This document shows positions 47,861 to 58,400 of a stretch of 64,000 bases of DNA, in pieces. The notes beneath the pieces were generated by a model, which saw nothing but the letters and a program-made list of their open reading frames with translations, ran no database searches and was not told where the DNA came from. Where the stretch lies: sequence record PZ386971.1; one strand, written 5' to 3'. Positions within the stretch are counted from its first letter, which is position 1. Each line of letters opens with the position of its first letter. Origin of the DNA: a phage. Both the position numbers and the translations under genes were made by a program.

Positions 47861-50290
47861 ATGATTTCTCAATTCAATCAACCACGCGGCTCCACTTCCA
47901 TAGAAGTTAACAAACAATCTATCGCTCGAAATTTCGGTGTCAAAGAAGACGAAGTCGTTTATTTCACTGCTGGTATTGATCTCAGTGGATTTAAAGTAAT
48001 TTATAATGAGTCTACCCAACGGGCTTATTCTCTTCCTTCAGGTATTGTTTCAGGAACGACTGCGATAAGTCTGGATAAAAGAGCTATCCTCACTCATTCA
48101 GCGGGTTCTGTTGATCTTGGGGAATTAGCAGTAAGCCGCGAAGAATACGTAACCTTACCTGGTTCATTTGATACTGGTGTAACTGTTAATACTAAGAATG
48201 AATTAGTTGTCTTTACCGATGGTAAGTATCGCTGGGATGGGGCACTGCCTAAAGAAGTGCCTGCTGGTTCAACCCCTACATCAACCGGTGGTGTTGGAAC
48301 AGGTGCATGGGTTAGTGTTGGTGATGCGAGTTTGAGGTCAATAGCTCAATACAGAGCCAATACCATTGAAGATTTAAAATCATTGCCATTTGCGGTTGGA
48401 GATATTGTTAATGTCGCTGGGTATTATGATGTTTTTGATGGGGCACAGCATTACCGAGTGATTAGTGGTACAGATGATGGAACAGGGGTTCAGCTCAATA
48501 ATGGTTTGTGGGCAAATATTATCATTAATGGCGATGCTTGTGTAGATTGGTTTGGCGCTAAAGGTGATGGTGTTGCAGATGACTGGTGGGCAATCAATAA
48601 AGCTATTAACGCCTCGCTCTCTACCGATTATCAGGGTGGTTGGTGGGAGACGTCAAGTAGAAACCCTAAATTTAAAGTTAGACTTAGTAGACGCTCTTAC
48701 AGAATCACTAAACAGATTTTACTACCCCCTTACATAGAGTTTTATGGTATGGGTTCGCGCTGGTATTTTTCGGGTGATAATAATTCTCGCTTAATCCCTG
48801 ATTTTGATAATCCGTTGCAATTCGCTGTGAAATCTGCTAGCTATATTGTTGAAACCGGTGAACTAGCACCTGAGGGGTGGTATTCTGGGGTGGTTTGGGT
48901 TGACCCAAAAAAACTAACGACTTGTCATGGTATTAAAACTTATGGATATAGCATCGAACCAACAAAACAAATTTTAGGCGGTATAAGACTGATAGCGAGT
49001 CCAATTTCTCATGTATACGATATATTCATAACAAATGTTGATTTTGGAGTTTTACTGAATTGTTCATGGGTGAGTAAGGTTGACGTTAAAACTCATCATA
49101 ATAAATGCGGGGTTATGTCTAGTCATGATGGTAATAACACTCACGTGGATGGTTATTTTACAGGGACAGAAATCAAACCGCTTGATGGTAATCCTTACCT
49201 CAACCCAATAGAGTCTTTAGACTCTACAACAGGGCTCCAAGACCAATCTATATCTGACCCAGACAGTAAAATAGGTGTGATTTTTTATTGGTCACAGGGG
49301 TCAACAAGTACGAATATGACGTGTGAGGGTAACACTATTTCGTTGGCTGTGGCTAAGGGTGGTGCTGATGTAAGGTGTTTATACTCAGAACGTAATTCAG
49401 ATTGTACATTTACTGGGTACAGTTCACTAGTTACAATTGGTGAAATAACTGGCATTGGTGACGGTGGAACTTTTGAGCTTGGTGTAAATAATACTATTTC
49501 GTTAGACAAAGACACTCAGTATGGTGTCGCTAAACGATTTAAGTACGTGAGCGAGTGGGGTAATAAGCTGTTTATGCCCTCTAGCTGGAAAGAATACACC
49601 AAAGGTTGTTTAGTTGAAGGGTTTGATTATAGCGAAATTTTTGTAGATGCGATAAATGGAGATGACACCAATGTTGGCTCCAGTCTTCACCCTGTGAAAA
49701 CTTTGGAGAGAGCTCTAACGCTTGTGAATTCAGTGTATACTACATCTGACTTGCTAAGCTCAGTGCCGAGGGATAGAGTAATAAAGTTAGTAGGCTCAGC
49801 AACATACTACCCAGACGGACAGCATAGGTTCGTGGGCGGCTCGTTAAAAATTACAAAAGCTGATAACTCACGACCGACTGTTAATTTATCAAAACCAATC
49901 CGATTTAACGACACATCCCTAGTATTTGAGGAAGTAAATTTAGTGCGACCAACAGATGACCACGGGAATAATGAGAATGGCGCAATTTTCCTTGAGGATG
50001 GGTGTAATGAAGTCAGATTGAAAAACTGCGATCTAAGTCTACAAAAATTCAGCTTCTTATATCCTACTTGGGGCTTTGCTGGAATATGTACCTTGGTGTT
50101 AAACGGGGTTAGTGTTACTGGTGATTCAACAACAAGAATGATACAAACAGCTGATGGATATCATGATTTGCACTTGTTTAATGTAATTAGCTACGAGACA
50201 ACTTACACTGGAGGAATAGAGTCAAGACCAGATAAAGGCTATGATATACCAGCAGATAGACGTGGTCATATATTGGGTGTATCAATATAA
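47861..50290 (+). CDS. tailspike protein B (shared N-terminal module + pectate-lyase-like beta-helix)
   Basis: Shared module at aa 20-150; WFGAKGDGVADDWWAINKAI resembles the beta-helix depolymerase entry motif. Confidence 0.65.
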   Translation: MISQFNQPRGSTSIEVNKQSIARNFGVKEDEVVYFTAGIDLSGFKVIYNESTQRAYSLPSGIVSGTTAISLDKRAILTHSAGSVDLGELAVSREEYVTLPGSFDTGVTVNTKNELVVFTDGKYRWDGALPKEVPAGSTPTSTGGVGTGAWVSVGDASLRSIAQYRANTIEDLKSLPFAVGDIVNVAGYYDVFDGAQHYRVISGTDDGTGVQLNNGLWANIIINGDACVDWFGAKGDGVADDWWAINKAINASLSTDYQGGWWETSSRNPKFKVRLSRRSYRITKQILLPPYIEFYGMGSRWYFSGDNNSRLIPDFDNPLQFAVKSASYIVETGELAPEGWYSGVVWVDPKKLTTCHGIKTYGYSIEPTKQILGGIRLIASPISHVYDIFITNVDFGVLLNCSWVSKVDVKTHHNKCGVMSSHDGNNTHVDGYFTGTEIKPLDGNPYLNPIESLDSTTGLQDQSISDPDSKIGVIFYWSQGSTSTNMTCEGNTISLAVAKGGADVRCLYSERNSDCTFTGYSSLVTIGEITGIGDGGTFELGVNNTISLDKDTQYGVAKRFKYVSEWGNKLFMPSSWKEYTKGCLVEGFDYSEIFVDAINGDDTNVGSSLHPVKTLERALTLVNSVYTTSDLLSSVPRDRVIKLVGSATYYPDGQHRFVGGSLKITKADNSRPTVNLSKPIRFNDTSLVFEEVNLVRPTDDHGNNENGAIFLEDGCNEVRLKNCDLSLQKFSFLYPTWGFAGICTLVLNGVSVTGDSTTRMIQTADGYHDLHLFNVISYETTYTGGIESRPDKGYDIPADRRGHILGVSI

Positions 50291-50740
50291 ATAATTGATA
50301 TTATGCTTCATGGTGATTGTGGGTGATTCACCCACGATTACTTTTAGGTACTACAGTTGATAATTCAGATTGATACATTGGATTGGCAGGTGCGTGTAAT
50401 ACTGCACTTGAATTTTGATACATAAATCCGGCACCCTCCCTCACCCTCAACGCGCCCAATTGCCCCCATAGGAGGCTCATTACCTCCTTGTGGGCTTTGT
50501 TGTTTTTGTGGCTGCTGTTGCTGACTACATTCTATGTATGGATGTATCTCATCATACTAAGCATTATCTAAGAGCCATCCTATGATACGACCCCATTGGG
50601 ATTCCTAACTTCACAACTACGGTAATATTATGAATTAATCAGGTGAACTGCTCCTAGTCAGACTGGAGGAACGATTGAAGACTCTGTTTGATAATCAGGC
50701 AAGGGATAGATAGGATCGTGGTTTTGGAGAGTAAAATCAA

Positions 50741-50832
50741 AACCCCTCTTCGGCGGGTTCTTGTTATACCTTTGTTCATAAATTTATTAGTTCAGACTAA
50801 ATACCCCATATTGGCAAATCCTCTATGGGGTA
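50741..50832. repeat. repeated cassette-boundary module, copy 2
   Basis: Near-duplicate of 47763-47857 immediately upstream of tailspike C. Confidence 0.6.
50797..50805 (+). promoter_or_regulatory. candidate late promoter (CTAAATAcc)
   Basis: Followed by leader hairpin taccccata...tatggggta and ATG 50841. Confidence 0.4.
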
Positions 50833-50840
50833 TCTTCAAA

Positions 50841-53177
50841 ATGACCAGAAACGTCGAGAGCATCTTTGGAGCGGTCGTAACAGCTCCGCACCAGATTCCA
50901 TACACTTACACAGCAACGGGTGGAGAGAAGTTTATCTCCCTCCCTTTCTACCCTGTCACTGGTATAGTCACAATCAACGGTGGCATGCAAGTTCCGTTAG
51001 ACAACTTTGAAATCGATGGAAATACGTTGAATCTCGGACGCGCATTATCCAAAGGTGACGTTGTGTTCTGTCTGTTTGATAAGATTCTGTCTCCAGAAGA
51101 TTATAAAACCGGGGTTCGAATCTATAAGTTTCAGGCTATAGGAGGTGAAACCGAGTTCACTCCTGATTACACATATTATGGAGTCCAATCTCTTTATATC
51201 GGTGGTGAGTACAAAACACCCGAAATTGAATATTCCTATGACAGCACGACAGGGAAAGTGTCTTTACAAACTGCGCTGACTGCAGGCGTTTGGGTAGTCG
51301 CTGAAATGTCTGTTAAACAACCGAATATCAGTCCGTTGTTTGACCGAAGTATTCAAGAAATCGCCCGTTCAACTAATGTAAAAGATTCTGAAGTAATCCT
51401 TAGTACGGATACTTCTCAGGTACTTAATGGTAAGAAAATTATTTACTCTGTTAATGAGCAGAAGTCTTATGGTTTACCGGTATTACCTACTAACGTTTAT
51501 ATTCAGTCTGTTGTTAACGGGAAGCTCACATACAATCCTGGTTCTGTGGTTGTAGATTTACTCTCTGTACCAAGTGAAGCACTTGAAGCAGTTAATTTAA
51601 TTAAAACCAATTTACTTAGTGAATCGGGTGCATCTTTGGTTGGGTATACAAAACCCTATACTGGTGCAGTTAAACGTCTTGCTTCTGATTACTTTAATCA
51701 GGAGATTAACGTTGATGACTTTGGTGCATACGGTGATGCATATCTTCTTAACGGCACTGTAAACCCAAATCGCCATGATGACTCTGCTGCATTCCAGAAG
51801 GCATTGATTGCTGCTTATCGAATTGGTGGTGCTAAGGTTGTAGCTACTCCTTGGAAGAGTTATTACATTGCCAACAAGGTATATGTACTAGCTTCCGAGT
51901 CCGGTTCCGATATTGAAGCACCAGTTTTCCCTAAACGTCGTATCCAGTTAATTGATTTACAGGGTGCTACCATTGTTGGACAGGATGATACATCTAACAC
52001 CAGTAATGTGTTTATGGAGACAGGCTATATTACTAGTACTGGTTCTGTAGCTTCCGTATTTGGTAAAGGTGAGGAAGAGTATTTAACCATTGGTACATGT
52101 GTGCGAAATGCTACGCTGGTAAATTTCTACCAAGGCTTCCGTTTCCGTGACCATGTTTTTGGTTGTGAACTTACCGATATTGTAGGACAAGATGTGCAGC
52201 AGCTTCTTTATACTCGTCGCTGTTTCTACTCGCTGTACCGTAACTTACAATGCAATGGTAGTTTTACTACTGGCTTGCATCGTTATGACATTGGGGATGA
52301 AGTGAATATTCAGCCTCTGATTTCGGTCCATACTGGCGAGTGTGACGTAGGTATTAAGTTCACTGGGGCAGTTGAAGCACTGACTCTCTTTAACTGTGGT
52401 ATTGAAAGTTTCCGCACACATGGAGTATGGATTGCTGGTGCTTACAATATTAAGTTCGATTCTTGTTACTTTGAATCGAATCACCCTAATGTGTACGGTT
52501 GTATCGCTACCAGTGCTAATAACATTACATTGGATAATAACTGGATTTATGGTTCATCTTTTAAGATGTTCGGTGGGTTTGATGACAACACTAATGTCAG
52601 AATGCACCCTAATAACCGTATAGGGGGTGGAGCAGTTTGGTGGGATCTTAATGAAGGCTCCCCTTATAACTTATCTGACTTACACTTCCCTACTGACATA
52701 AAAGCTGGTGGTAATACCTTACCCGTAGTTAGTGCCAAGGAAGCTAGTACTGTAAACCAGACTATTACTTTCTATGACCCTAATTTAGGTTTGTCCTCAA
52801 TAGTTGGTAAAGCAGAGCAAACTAACCGTTTCCACCCACAACGAGTAAATGGTCAGATGAGCATCGGTAGTACTGCATCTTATACAGTTGGTGCATCTAC
52901 AACCACTGAAGTAGTTGGAAATGATACCCGAGTTAAGTGGACTACCCAAATAAGATATTCTGATACACAGTTACTGTATGTAGCACTTAAGGTAGATAAC
53001 AACTTAGGAACCTGGTTCTGGTTAGGCCATGTTGTAGGTGATACAGCTAAAGCCTTACTTACCAGTGATGAAAACAAACCCCCTGTAGTTACTAATGAAA
53101 ATGGTTATGTAACTATAACCAGTCCACTACTTGCTACCCCTATTGCAATTCATGGTGGTGAGATTCGTATACTGTAA
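50841..53177 (+). CDS. tailspike protein C (divergent copy of shared module + beta-helix-like domain)
   Basis: Start set at ATG 50841 downstream of promoter (track ORF began at 50688); DDFGAYGDAY...SAAFQKALIAA motif. Confidence 0.6.
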   Translation: MTRNVESIFGAVVTAPHQIPYTYTATGGEKFISLPFYPVTGIVTINGGMQVPLDNFEIDGNTLNLGRALSKGDVVFCLFDKILSPEDYKTGVRIYKFQAIGGETEFTPDYTYYGVQSLYIGGEYKTPEIEYSYDSTTGKVSLQTALTAGVWVVAEMSVKQPNISPLFDRSIQEIARSTNVKDSEVILSTDTSQVLNGKKIIYSVNEQKSYGLPVLPTNVYIQSVVNGKLTYNPGSVVVDLLSVPSEALEAVNLIKTNLLSESGASLVGYTKPYTGAVKRLASDYFNQEINVDDFGAYGDAYLLNGTVNPNRHDDSAAFQKALIAAYRIGGAKVVATPWKSYYIANKVYVLASESGSDIEAPVFPKRRIQLIDLQGATIVGQDDTSNTSNVFMETGYITSTGSVASVFGKGEEEYLTIGTCVRNATLVNFYQGFRFRDHVFGCELTDIVGQDVQQLLYTRRCFYSLYRNLQCNGSFTTGLHRYDIGDEVNIQPLISVHTGECDVGIKFTGAVEALTLFNCGIESFRTHGVWIAGAYNIKFDSCYFESNHPNVYGCIATSANNITLDNNWIYGSSFKMFGGFDDNTNVRMHPNNRIGGGAVWWDLNEGSPYNLSDLHFPTDIKAGGNTLPVVSAKEASTVNQTITFYDPNLGLSSIVGKAEQTNRFHPQRVNGQMSIGSTASYTVGASTTTEVVGNDTRVKWTTQIRYSDTQLLYVALKVDNNLGTWFWLGHVVGDTAKALLTSDENKPPVVTNENGYVTITSPLLATPIAIHGGEIRIL

Positions 53178-53228
53178 TTACACAGCCCCCTTAACTGGGG
53201 GCTACCATAGAAAAACAATGAGGTTTAT

Positions 53229-55145
53229 ATGAACGAAATGTTCTCACAAGGTGGTAAAGGCTCCACTGGTATTCTTACCAATAAACAAGCCATTGCTCGT
53301 AAGTTTGGTGTTAAGCAGAACGAAGTAGTTTACTTTTCTGTAGGAGTAGACTTGGGTGGATACAAAGTCATTTATGATAAGGCTACTCAACGTGCTTACT
53401 CACTACCTGCAAATATTGCCCCAGGTACTATTGCTACTAGTCTTAGTGCTAATGCTGTACTTGTTCATTCAGCTGGTTCTGTAGATCTTGGGGAATTAGC
53501 CGTATCTCGTGAAGAATACGTTACATTGTCTAGGTCGTTTGACACTGGTGCTACACTTAATGTTAAAAATGAATTGCTTACCCATACAACAGGTAAGTAT
53601 CGCTGGGATGGCGAGTTACCTAAAACCGTTTCTTCTGGCTCAACTCCTGAAAGTGCTGGTGGTACTGGGTTAGGCAAATGGGTTAGTGTTGGTGATGCAG
53701 CCTTGAGAATCAATCTTGCATCTGATGATGGCGCTGGTCTGGTCGGATTTAAGTCACCTCTGGCCAACTCCATTAAGCGAACACTACATGATAAAAATAA
53801 AGACCTGGTGTCAGTCAAGGACTTCGGGGCTGTTGGCGACGGTGTGACCGATGATACCGCCGCGTTTCAGGCAGCAATAGATTCGAAAAAGAGTTTATAC
53901 ATACCGGATGGTATTTATCTTATAAGCTCTACTTTAATCATAACTGCCACTGATAGTCTATGTATTGTTGGTAATAGTTTTGGACATGTTAATGACCAAA
54001 CAACAGGTTCAGTAATTAAGTTTACCGGGTTAGCGTCACCCGCCATTCGGGTTCAAGGTGGTGCGATAGGAGCTAAGATTTCTGGACTTTTTCTGGATAT
54101 CCAGGATTCATCATCTGATGGCTTTGATTTCGGTGGGGCTTGGTATTTAAAACTTCAAGATTGCGTTGTCAGAAACGCTCGATATGGGGTCTATTTACAT
54201 TACGATAGCCCAGACTATTTTTCCGGAGTAGCTGAACTAACTTCATGCTATTTCGCTAAATGTGCAAATGGTGTAAAAACGTCAAAGGTAGATATCAACG
54301 TAGTTAAAGTTGATAATTGTACTTTCTTTGATGGTGTTAACGGTGTTCTTATCGGAGACTCAGGTACTGCAAGTAGTGTACGAAATTTCATAGTCAGAGA
54401 CTCTCTATTTGAAGCAAACACGGGCTATGACGTAGGTGTTGTCGCCGGGGGTGCACAGCAGTTACTGGTAGATGGTAACTACTTTGAAGAGAATACTGCT
54501 TCTTCTTTAGCCAGGGTATATGTTACAGATGATAGTCACTCACCGCGTTCTTCTTCTGTTTCAATAACCAACAACACGTTTAGCAAAGATACGACAGGCG
54601 ATCTTATTTTCCTGTCTGGTATTTCCGGTGTTCTTGTTAAACAAAACTGGTCAGCATTTGGGGGTATAGGTTTTGTAAGGGCTATTAATATCGACAATTA
54701 TGAGATAGATAGATGCTCTACCGTATCTGGAGCAACAGCCTGTAATGTTGTTATAGATAACGTCTTACAAGTACCTGACACTTCTGTTAATAAGATTTAT
54801 ATTAACAAGGCCCAAGAATACGCGTTTATCGGGACTTCCGTCGTAAAAAGGTCGAGTGCATGTACACGGGCAATGATCAATTTTAATGGAATTTCGGGGT
54901 CGTCAGTGTATGCGGATGGAGCAACTGTAACTAAAACCGGGACCGGTAAATATACCGTCAACCTATCTAATACTATGCCCTCCTCTGCTTATGCTGTTTT
55001 ATGCAGTGTTGGCAATACCACTAGCGGAGGGAAATTAGTAATTAATGTCGTAAGTACATCCCCTGACTCTTTTAACTTAGAAGTTTTTGACCTTTCTGGA
55101 TCGTATCAAGATTCAGGATACATATCTGCCGCAGTTGTTATGTAA
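53229..55145 (+). CDS. tailspike protein D (shared N-terminal module + pectate-lyase-like beta-helix)
   Basis: Shared module at aa 20-150; VKDFGAVGDGVTDDTAAFQAAIDS beta-helix entry motif. Confidence 0.65.
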   Translation: MNEMFSQGGKGSTGILTNKQAIARKFGVKQNEVVYFSVGVDLGGYKVIYDKATQRAYSLPANIAPGTIATSLSANAVLVHSAGSVDLGELAVSREEYVTLSRSFDTGATLNVKNELLTHTTGKYRWDGELPKTVSSGSTPESAGGTGLGKWVSVGDAALRINLASDDGAGLVGFKSPLANSIKRTLHDKNKDLVSVKDFGAVGDGVTDDTAAFQAAIDSKKSLYIPDGIYLISSTLIITATDSLCIVGNSFGHVNDQTTGSVIKFTGLASPAIRVQGGAIGAKISGLFLDIQDSSSDGFDFGGAWYLKLQDCVVRNARYGVYLHYDSPDYFSGVAELTSCYFAKCANGVKTSKVDINVVKVDNCTFFDGVNGVLIGDSGTASSVRNFIVRDSLFEANTGYDVGVVAGGAQQLLVDGNYFEENTASSLARVYVTDDSHSPRSSSVSITNNTFSKDTTGDLIFLSGISGVLVKQNWSAFGGIGFVRAINIDNYEIDRCSTVSGATACNVVIDNVLQVPDTSVNKIYINKAQEYAFIGTSVVKRSSACTRAMINFNGISGSSVYADGATVTKTGTGKYTVNLSNTMPSSAYAVLCSVGNTTSGGKLVINVVSTSPDSFNLEVFDLSGSYQDSGYISAAVVM

Positions 55146-55160
55146 GTAATAATCACTTAA

Positions 55161-55195
55161 AAACAACCCCACTTCTATGGGGTTGTTTTTACTTA
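55161..55195 (+). terminator. intrinsic terminator after tailspike D
   Basis: aaacaacccc...ggggttgttt 10-bp stem then TTTTTAC. Confidence 0.6.
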
Positions 55196-55205
55196 TTAAT
55201 AATAC

Positions 55206-55240
55206 TTTTTATATAGAGTTTACTGTTTGCATTACCCTAA
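55206..55240. repeat. conserved ~35-bp element downstream of tailspike terminators (copy 2)
   Basis: tttatatagagtttactgtttgcattaccct, matching 47536-47570. Confidence 0.5.
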
Positions 55241-55404
55241 TCGATACAGCAGTTAAGGTAATAGTCTGACCTGATATATTAAACATACCTAATTGAATAC
55301 CATCTACCATGAATGGCAGAGGTCTCGAATCCATGACCATAACCACAGAAAGATAATCAAAGCCCCTTCGGGCTTATTTCTTTCTATTCCTCGGTTGGTT
55401 GTAT

Positions 55405-55413
55405 ACTAAATAT
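55405..55413 (+). promoter_or_regulatory. candidate late promoter (CTAAATAtc)
   Basis: About 34 nt upstream of ATG 55447. Confidence 0.35.
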
Positions 55414-55446
55414 CTCTATAATGGCACCTATCGATGGAGCATCAAA

Positions 55447-58400
55447 ATGCAAGAAATGAACCTCAACCGCCGCCCATATTGGGATGACTGGAATCCAGAG
55501 AAGCGTTTTTCGCGCATCCTATTCCGTCCGGCACCTATCAAAGTTCAGACGCGTGAACTGAACCAGATGCAGACCATCTTCCAGGATCAACTGGAGAAAC
55601 TTGGCAACCATCTGTTCAAAGACGGTTCAATGGTTATCCCCGGCGGCCTAACGATCACCAACACTGCTGTGTCCATGAAGTTCACTCTGGCTGGTGGTAG
55701 TGAGTTCACTGATCTGGAAGGTATCTCCGAACTCTATGTTCTGGGCAAGGACAACAATGCGAAAGCACGCGTCCTGTCCTTGGAACGTTATCCAGCTGAG
55801 CCGGATACAATGTATGCCATCTTAGAGATGACTGAGAGTGGTAGTTCAGACGGTTTCGAAGCTGGCGACAATCTATATTTCAACACCTATGACGTGAACG
55901 ATAACTTCATCCGTGTCGGCTATGGTGTGGCCGATACTGTTGGTGGTTCGATTGTCGCTCGCATGACAAAGGGTGTTTATTTCGTTCGTGGTATGTTCCT
56001 GGATGTTGAACCAACCACTTTGATCGTAGACAACGCATCGAACTCTACATCTCACCGCATTGGATTCAAAGTTACAGAAACAATCGTGACCGAAGCAGAA
56101 GATGAAAGTCTGTTCTCCAATGCTCAGGGTACTCCGAACTCTAAAGCCCCTGGTGCGCATCGCCTGCGCGTCGACCTCGTGTTGTCTCGCTACGGTTATG
56201 ATGAAGAAGTGGCCGACTTCGTCGAACTAGCGAAGGTGAAAGACGGTCGCATTCAGTCCATGGTCACCCAGTCAACGTACAACATCCTCGAAGACGCCAT
56301 GGCTCAGCGTACCTATGAGACCAACGGGGATTACAACGTCTCTACTCACCAGATCGACCTGCGCGAACATCTGAAAGAGAACAACAACGGCGGCGTTTAC
56401 ACTCCGGCTGAAGGTGGAGATGAAAGCAAATTCGTGGCGGTTATGAAGCCAGGCATTTCCTACGTTCGTGGTCGTCGTATCGAAAACCTCGGCGAAGAGC
56501 TGGTCACAATTGACAAAGCCCGTGACACTGATACCCTGAACAACAACCCTGTGGCTGTTTCGACTGGTAACTATCTGGTGTCCAAGAACTCCAAAGGGGT
56601 TCCGGTTGTCTCCCGCACAATCCGCTACAAGTTCCTGAACGCATCCAGCGATGTACAGGCCACTGCCCTGCTGATTTCGGCAGAGCGCTCCGGTACTGAA
56701 TTCCGTCTGTATATGCGTGACCTGGTTGTGACTGGGGACATGGGCACGGTGACCAAAGTCGCTTATGAAGAAAGTGGTACAACGATGTTCTCTTGCGAAC
56801 TGGAGTCCAATCAGTTCAGCCAGAGTTCAGCAATTGACCTGATCTTCCCTCTGCCTGTATTTGGTGTGAAGACTCTAGCACCTACAGGCACCATCGACAT
56901 CAACTACACTGTCCTACGGTCAAACAAGATCACGTTGAACGCCGCTGGTGCAGGCTCAATCTCCGCTCCTCTGGGTTACAGCTTCAGCCCTGAGTTTTCA
57001 CTGTACTCCGCAGCGAAGGCAGATGGCACTGCAGCTCAGTTTGATATCTCTTCGGGACTGTCCCTGGCTGGTACTCCGGTTGGTTCAGCACTGCAGATTT
57101 CCCTGGGCGCGGGGTACGCCAACCAGTCTATCAACCTGTTGGCATTGATGGTCCGCACCACAGCGACGATCAAGACCAAGACTGTTACCGAAGTCACCGA
57201 GACTGTGACGTTTACTACGGCAGCCAGCGTACAACTTGGGAACCACGACGGATACAAGCTGGTCAGTGTGAAGAACGCAAATGGTGCTGACGTCACCTCG
57301 AACTTCACTCTGGACGGCGGTCAACGCGATGCGGCGTACTACCGTTCTAACCTCGTATCGTCTACTGGAGCCATCTCAGGCGTGTTCACAGTGGTGTACC
57401 AGTACTTCGCTCACAGCTCTGGTGATTTCTTCACAGCGGACTCCTATTCGTCCATCAACTACCCAGACATCCCGAACTATGTTTCATCCAGTTCTGGTAC
57501 TGTGTATGGGTTGGCCGACAGCCTGGACTTCCGTCCCAAGATAACCAACGGAGCGTCTGACACGGACATGGTTCGCCCGAACACCGCGATCATCCTAGAT
57601 GCAGAGTACTATCTGCCTCGTATTGATGCCGTGTATCTGGCAGACAACGGCGTGTTCAACGTTGCTCGCGGTGTGAGTTCCAACAACCTGGCTTCCCCTG
57701 CGATCCCAGACAACGGCATGCGCCTGTATGAATTGATGATCCCACCATACACGGCCAACATCGACGACATCCAGATTCGTACTATCGACAACCGCCGCTA
57801 CACGATGCGCGATATCGGTAAACTGGAGACCCGTATCTCCAATGTCGAATATTACACCTCACTGTCTCAGCTGGAATCCTCGGCGATGTCACAACAGGTG
57901 TTCGATCCAATTACTGGTAACCCGCGCTTCAAGAACGGTATCGCAGCAGACCCGTTCAAAGACTTCCGTCTGATCGACGATTTGTCTGCAGACTGGGTGG
58001 GTTCAATCGACACTGACAATGGTCGCCTACGCCCGTTTGTTCAGCAGAACGCGATTGACCTGACGCCAGTCGGTTGGAACAACGTTCAGGATGGCATGGT
58101 TGTATGCAACTACACCCGTGAGATCTCTGTCCGCCAGGACTATGCAACCACGACCATCAACGTGAACCCGTATGCGGTGTTCAACTGGGAAGGCTTCTTG
58201 AAGCTGAACCCGACTACTGATTACTGGTTTGAGAACTACTATGTCACCCCACGTGTGATCAACGAAACGATCAACACCCGTGGTGCGATCAAAGAAGGTT
58301 CTGTGTATGGCACATGGCGTACTGTGTCTGTGTCTGAGCGTGTGTGGGAACCGCATGGTGCAGGTGGTGTATGGTGGGGCTATCGCTACCGCACGACTGT

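Noticed and set aside
50688-50840. N-terminal extension of tailspike C from the track ORF start
   Set aside because: The extension would translate through the late promoter motif and leader hairpin; ATG 50841 is the likely start.
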